A stretch of 36,398 nucleotides of DNA from a virus, in the UHGV virus genome UHGV-1395479. One strand, 5' to 3'. Positions within the stretch are counted from its first letter, which is position 1. Each line of letters begins with the position of its first letter. Positions 31,691 through 36,398 of the stretch are shown here, in pieces. Position numbers and translations under genes: made by a program. The notes beneath the pieces were generated by a model. That model saw nothing but the letters and a program-made list of their open reading frames with translations. It searched no databases and was not told where the DNA came from.

Positions 31691-31825
31691 AAAACAGAGA
31701 AGAGCATCACCGGACGACGGGCTCATAACCCAATCCATCCGGGCGGCAGTCACCGCAGGTGTTCTTCTCTGTTTTGTGGAGAAACCAACCGACCTTGCAG
31801 GGTCGATATGATGAGGAGCAGCAAA

Positions 31826-32188
31826 ATGGCTAGCGAACGCAGTACTGATGTGCAGGCATTTATCGGGGAGCTGGACGGCGGCGTATTTGAAACCAAAATC
31901 GGCGCAGTTCTCAGTGAAGTCGCTTCCGGTGTGATGAACACGAAAACCAAAGGTAAGGTCTCACTCAACCTGGAAATCGAACCATTTGATGAGAACCGTG
32001 TGAAAATCAAACACAAACTCTCATATGTTCGCCCGACTAACCGCGGGAAAATTTCCGAAGAAGACACCACCGAAACGCCGATGTATGTCAATCGCGGTGG
32101 TCGCCTGACTATTCTGCAGGAAGACCAGGGACAATTACTGACTCTTGCCGGTGAACCTGACGGAAAACTCCGCGCAGCAGGTCATTAA
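31826..32188 (+). CDS. Hypothetical protein, YfdP-like (120 aa)
   Basis: Start chosen at ATG 31826 with AGGAG SD 7 nt upstream (MASERSTDVQAFIGELDGG...); the ORF track extends it to 31595 without support; size and neighbours resemble CPS-53 yfdP as recalled. Confidence 0.55.
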   Translation: MASERSTDVQAFIGELDGGVFETKIGAVLSEVASGVMNTKTKGKVSLNLEIEPFDENRVKIKHKLSYVRPTNRGKISEEDTTETPMYVNRGGRLTILQEDQGQLLTLAGEPDGKLRAAGH

Positions 32189-32253
32189 TATCGTTCTTAA
32201 TTAACCGATTATTTATCTCATCACTGAATATCTTTATATAGTGAGGACTTATT

Positions 32254-33078
32254 ATGTCTCAGAACTTAGACGCAACCGCAATTAATCAAATCCATGCCCT
32301 TATTTCTGCTCAGGGTGTTAATGAAATTATCAGTAAGATTGGTGCCGATGCTGTGGCATTGCCTGAGAATTTCCGCATTCATGATCTGGAAAAATTTAAT
32401 TTAAATCGCTTCCGTTTCCGTGGTGCGCTTTCCACTGCCAGCATCGATGACTTTACCCGTTATTCTAAAGATCTTGCAGATGAAGGCACCCGCTGCTTTA
32501 TCGATGCCGATAATATGCGAGCAGTCAGTGTGCTTAACCTGGGTACTATTGATGAACCAGGTCACGCAGATAACACCGCCACTCTCAAACTGAAAAAGAC
32601 AGCACCGTTCTCTGCCCTGTTGTCTGTTAACAGCGAGCGTAACTCCCAGAAGTCACTGGCAGAATGGATTGAAGACTGGGCCGACTACCTTGTGGGCTTT
32701 GATGCTAATGGTGACGCTATTCAGGCAACAAAAGCGGCTGCGGCGGTCCGTAAAATCACGATTGAAGCAAACCAGACCGCTGATTTTGAAGATAATGACT
32801 TCAGCGGCAAACGCTCCCTGATGGAGTCTGTCGAAGCGAAGACCAAAGATATTATGCCAGTGGCATTTGAATTTAAATGCGTTCCGTTTGAAGGTCTGAA
32901 AGAACGTCCATTTAAATTACGCCTCAGCATTATCACTGGCGATCGTCCGGTACTGGTTCTGCGCATTATTCAGCTGGAAGCGGTGCAGGAAGATATGGCT
33001 AACGAATTTCGTGATCTGTTTGTTGAGAAATTCAAAGACAGCAAAGTAGAAACCTTTATTGGTACTTTCACCGCCTGA
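32254..33078 (+). CDS. YfdQ-like protein (DUF2303 family), 274 aa
   Basis: 274-aa ORF followed by an HD-domain gene, matching the yfdQ-yfdR arrangement of E. coli prophage CPS-53 as recalled. Confidence 0.5.
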   Translation: MSQNLDATAINQIHALISAQGVNEIISKIGADAVALPENFRIHDLEKFNLNRFRFRGALSTASIDDFTRYSKDLADEGTRCFIDADNMRAVSVLNLGTIDEPGHADNTATLKLKKTAPFSALLSVNSERNSQKSLAEWIEDWADYLVGFDANGDAIQATKAAAAVRKITIEANQTADFEDNDFSGKRSLMESVEAKTKDIMPVAFEFKCVPFEGLKERPFKLRLSIITGDRPVLVLRIIQLEAVQEDMANEFRDLFVEKFKDSKVETFIGTFTA

Positions 33079-33205
33079 TTTCATTACTGCAAATGCCCCT
33101 GCGGGGGCATTTATGGAAACGTAATTGACTCAATAATCGCCGGACGGTGAGGGCTTCCTTTTACCCGAATTCAGCGCGGTGCAGCGCATATACGTGGAGA
33201 ACAAA

Positions 33206-33754
33206 ATGTCATTTATTAAAACTTTTTCCGGGAAGCATTTTTATTATGACAGGATAAATAAAGACGACATCGATATTAACGATATCGCGGTTTCCCTTTC
33301 AAATATCTGTCGCTTTGCAGGACATCTTTCACACTTCTACAGCGTCGCCCAACATGCGGTGCTTTGCAGCCAGCTGGTACCGCAGGAATTTGCTTTTGAA
33401 GCGTTAATGCATGATGCAACAGAAGCGTATTGCCAGGACATCCCGGCTCCACTGAAACGCCTTCTTCCTGACTATAAACGGATGGAAGAAAAAATAGACG
33501 CCGTAATCCGTGAGAAATACGGGTTACCCCCGGTTATGAGTACACCCGTGAAATATGCCGATCTCATCATGCTGGCAACCGAACGCCGCGATCTCGGGCT
33601 TGATGATGGCTCTTTCTGGCCTGTGCTGGAAGGTATCCCGGCAACAGAGATGTTCAACGTGATTCCACTGGCACCGGGCCATGCCTACGGGATGTTTATG
33701 GAACGCTTTAAAGAGCTGCATAAGATACATAAACAATCCAGACAGCGAAATTAA
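33206..33754 (+). CDS. HD-domain phosphohydrolase (YfdR-like 5'-deoxynucleotidase)
   Basis: HD motif region ..HLSHFYSVAQHAVLCSQ..ALMHDATEAY..; start set at internal Met 33206 (MSFIKTFSGKHF..); maximal ORF begins at 33179. Confidence 0.7.
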   Translation: MSFIKTFSGKHFYYDRINKDDIDINDIAVSLSNICRFAGHLSHFYSVAQHAVLCSQLVPQEFAFEALMHDATEAYCQDIPAPLKRLLPDYKRMEEKIDAVIREKYGLPPVMSTPVKYADLIMLATERRDLGLDDGSFWPVLEGIPATEMFNVIPLAPGHAYGMFMERFKELHKIHKQSRQRN

Positions 33755-33797
33755 CTAGTGAAATAGTTTTGTAGCAAAAGAAATGAGGTTATCAAAA

Positions 33798-34043
33798 ATG
33801 CTTCAAATGCTGACACTTGAGGAATGGGCTGCGGAAAAATTTAGGAGTAATCCTCCAAGTGTGTCCACATTACGTCGTTATGCTAAGCAGAATTTATTTT
33901 GTCCACCGGCAATGAAACAAGGTCGACTATGGCGAGTGCGTGAGGATGCAGAGTTAGTTGGGGAGTTAGTTACTCCAGTAATAAAGAAAAGTGATTCTAT
34001 TATTCTACAAAGGATTTTAGGTAATGGCAGCCAGACCACGTAA
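33798..34043 (+). CDS. xis: Excisionase Xis
   Basis: ..LTLEEWAAEKFRSNPPSVSTLRRYAKQNLFCPPAMKQGRLWRVRE.. parallels lambda Xis (MYLTLQEWNARQRRPRSLETVRRWVRECRIFPPPVKDGREYLF); start chosen at ATG 33798 with GAGG SD; overlaps int start. Confidence 0.8.
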   Translation: MLQMLTLEEWAAEKFRSNPPSVSTLRRYAKQNLFCPPAMKQGRLWRVREDAELVGELVTPVIKKSDSIILQRILGNGSQTT

Positions 34044-35154
34044 AAATAATGTTTCAGTCCCGAACTTGTATCCGCTTTATAGCAGAAAAGTAAATAAAGT
34101 CTATTGGCGATATAAACATCCAGTGACCGGGAAGTTTCATTCTTTAGGCACAAACGAAGCTGAAGCCATTGCTATTGCCACTGAGGCAAATTCACGCCTG
34201 GCTGAGCAAAGAACCCGGCAGATTCTGGCTATCAGTGACAGGATCGCAACCAGCAAAGGAAAAGCAATCACAACGTCAACCTGGTTAGATCGCTATCAAG
34301 CAATCCAGGATGACAGACTGGAAAGTGGCGATATAAAGCTCAACACCTATAAACAGAAAGCCAAACCAGTATCCTTGCTCAGGGAACGAGCAGGAATGAA
34401 ATTAATTTCATCAGTTGATGTAAGGGATATAGCACAATTGCTTGACGAGTATATCACTGCCGGGCAACCGAGGATGGCGCAAGTAGTCCGCTCCGTTCTA
34501 ATTGATGTATTCAAGGAGGCACAACACTATGGGGAAGTCCCTCCGGGCTATAATCCTGCACTGGCAACCAAACAACCCAGAAGAAAAATTACCCGACAAC
34601 GGTTAAATCTTGAAGAGTGGCAAAAAATCTTTGATATTGCAGATGCCAGTCATCGTTATATGGGGAATGCCATGCTGTTAGCACTGGTTACCGGCCAACG
34701 GTTAGGTGATATCTCACGTATGAAATTTAGCGATATTTGGGATGATCATCTTCACGTCATCCAGGAAAAAACCGGGAGCAAAATCGCCATCCCGCTTTCT
34801 CTGCGCCTCAATGCGATTAACTGGAGTTTGCGCGATGTAGTAGCCCGTTGCCGTGACTATGCTGTCAGCCCATACCTTGTACATTTTTTTCGTACTACTT
34901 CACAGGCTGAACGCGGCGCACAGGTTAAAGCCAATACCTTGACTATGAATTTCAGTAAAGCAAGAGATTTAGCAGGAATTGATTGGGGGAAAGGTTCACC
35001 TGCCACATTCCATGAACAACGGTCTTTATCTGAACGTCTGTACAAAGAACAGGGGATCGATACTAGAAAGCTACTGGGCCATAAAACCCAGCAGCAAACA
35101 GATCGCTACCATGATGACCGAGGGAAAGATTGGAGTAAAATAGCTATAATTTGA
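34024..35154 (+). CDS. int: Tyrosine integrase (lambda Int family)
   Basis: 376 aa; lambda Int-like throughout, including ..FHEQRSLSERLY.. and catalytic-Tyr region LLGHKTQQQTDRYHDDRGKDW. Confidence 0.95.
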   Translation: MAARPRKNNVSVPNLYPLYSRKVNKVYWRYKHPVTGKFHSLGTNEAEAIAIATEANSRLAEQRTRQILAISDRIATSKGKAITTSTWLDRYQAIQDDRLESGDIKLNTYKQKAKPVSLLRERAGMKLISSVDVRDIAQLLDEYITAGQPRMAQVVRSVLIDVFKEAQHYGEVPPGYNPALATKQPRRKITRQRLNLEEWQKIFDIADASHRYMGNAMLLALVTGQRLGDISRMKFSDIWDDHLHVIQEKTGSKIAIPLSLRLNAINWSLRDVVARCRDYAVSPYLVHFFRTTSQAERGAQVKANTLTMNFSKARDLAGIDWGKGSPATFHEQRSLSERLYKEQGIDTRKLLGHKTQQQTDRYHDDRGKDWSKIAII

Positions 35155-36004
35155 CTCTTGTAGGATCCATATCATCAGGAATAGAAATGCTATCACAAAA
35201 AAAGATTACTTCTGGCCCTTGGTACCTAGATTGAGCACTATAGCTGATACCGTACTCAATTTTTCTAAGACCAGTGTACATGTTGTTTATTTCAACAGTA
35301 TTATCGTAAGATACAATCCATGGATGCTTTGAATTAGATTTTATAATATTAGCAATTTCGACATGATCATCATGACTATAATGGTTTTGATACAAGCCCT
35401 TTCCTTTAACATAATATGGAGGGTCAAGATAAAGCAATGTTTTTAATGGGAATCCAGTTACAGTATTTTGCAAGAATGATTTAGCATCTTGGTTATAGAT
35501 ACAAATATCAGATTTACGGTCTGCTATTACCTTAATACGGTTTACTAAATCAACCTTATTAAATCGAGCATCTATTTTCCATTTTCCATTTTGTTCCTTA
35601 CCACCAATTACACCACCTAACAAAATTCCTGACCGATTTGTTCGATTAAGGAAAAACGTAGCGAATCCAACTTCCAATGAGGAATAATCACATTGATTAC
35701 TAATGATATTTTTATTCTTATACCATTCATCCATATTCACAGGGGTTTTTTCAATTAATTGGCAAAACTGATCAGTTTCTTCTAGAATTGACCGCCAAAA
35801 ACAAAAAATGGCGTTATTAAGATCGTTTAAATGTATACGTGATGCTTTCCCAGACAAAAGTAAATTAATGGCTACTCCAGCACCACCAGCATACGGCTCA
35901 ACATATTCGCAACCATCTAAACCATTGATCATAATGATCTTTGATAGATAGTTAGTTAATTTACCTTTACCACCAGGATACCGTAATGGGGTGCTGAATC
36001 TCAT
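35144..36004 (-). CDS. Dam-like (D12 class) N6-adenine DNA methyltransferase
   Basis: 286 aa; N-terminal motif I VEPYAGGAGVAINLL and C-terminal LYLDPPYY; very AT-rich; its stop overlaps the int stop (convergent). Confidence 0.8.
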   Translation of the reverse strand: MRFSTPLRYPGGKGKLTNYLSKIIMINGLDGCEYVEPYAGGAGVAINLLLSGKASRIHLNDLNNAIFCFWRSILEETDQFCQLIEKTPVNMDEWYKNKNIISNQCDYSSLEVGFATFFLNRTNRSGILLGGVIGGKEQNGKWKIDARFNKVDLVNRIKVIADRKSDICIYNQDAKSFLQNTVTGFPLKTLLYLDPPYYVKGKGLYQNHYSHDDHVEIANIIKSNSKHPWIVSYDNTVEINNMYTGLRKIEYGISYSAQSRYQGPEVIFFCDSISIPDDMDPTRVKL

Positions 36005-36398
36005 ATCTTATACTCAACGATCAAAAACTACTGTATATAATACCACATTATCTGGTTTCAGGATACCATAGAATCACTTAGTCACAACGCTCTTAACTCT
36101 TTCAGGATTAAGGCCAAATTCTTCCCCTATAACAAAGCGCAATGCTTCGATAAGAGTATCGTTAAACTTGTCTACCAATATTTTATTATCCTCAGCCCAC
36201 TTTCTATATGGATTGTATTTTACACCGCCACATTTTATCAGTTCTTGTAATGTTTTCTCCTGTATAAATTTTTTGAATAACTCTCTTATCCTTGAACCAT
36301 CAAGTTTATCTTTATTAACTTCTTTTATTTTTTCTTTTAATTTTTTTACTTTTATATAGTTTTCAATTTATCAGTATAAATAATAATGTGACTAAAAC

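Noticed and set aside
31595-31825. N-terminal extension of the 31595-32188 ORF (and overlapping 31611-31811 ORF)
   Set aside because: Extension overlaps the hairpin/terminator structure and has no RBS; internal ATG at 31826 has a strong AGGAG SD.

Overview
Almost the whole window is one lambda-like (lambdoid) prophage, read here in reverse relative to the standard lambda map. The minus strand carries a near-complete lambda-type morphogenesis block in lambda order (Nu1, A, W, B, C/Nu3, D, E, FI, FII, Z, U, V, G/GT, H, M, L, K, I, J, partial lom), with cosN at 19399-19410. Upstream of cos on the same strand are the lysis genes (3-TM holin, R endolysin, Rz/Rz1), an orphan DNA methyltransferase, a Q antiterminator and an early-right operon (cro, iteron-bearing replication initiator, PerC-like and LexA-DBD-like proteins, RusA, KilA-N, DUF968-like). 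The plus strand carries the cI repressor, a YfdP/YfdQ/YfdR-like module, xis and int. The most interesting signal is an AT-rich, opposite-strand, translationally coupled three-gene operon (23259-24813) sitting in the moron hotspot between Q and the lysis cassette; it has no motif I can assign and is a candidate undescribed defence or exclusion module. The last ~1.25 kb (35144-36398) is strongly AT-rich, carries a Dam-like methyltransferase overlapping the int stop, and probably marks the prophage boundary. All calls rest on reading the supplied translations and sequence against lambda and E. coli prophage proteins recalled from memory; no database search or computation was run, and GC contents are by-eye estimates.
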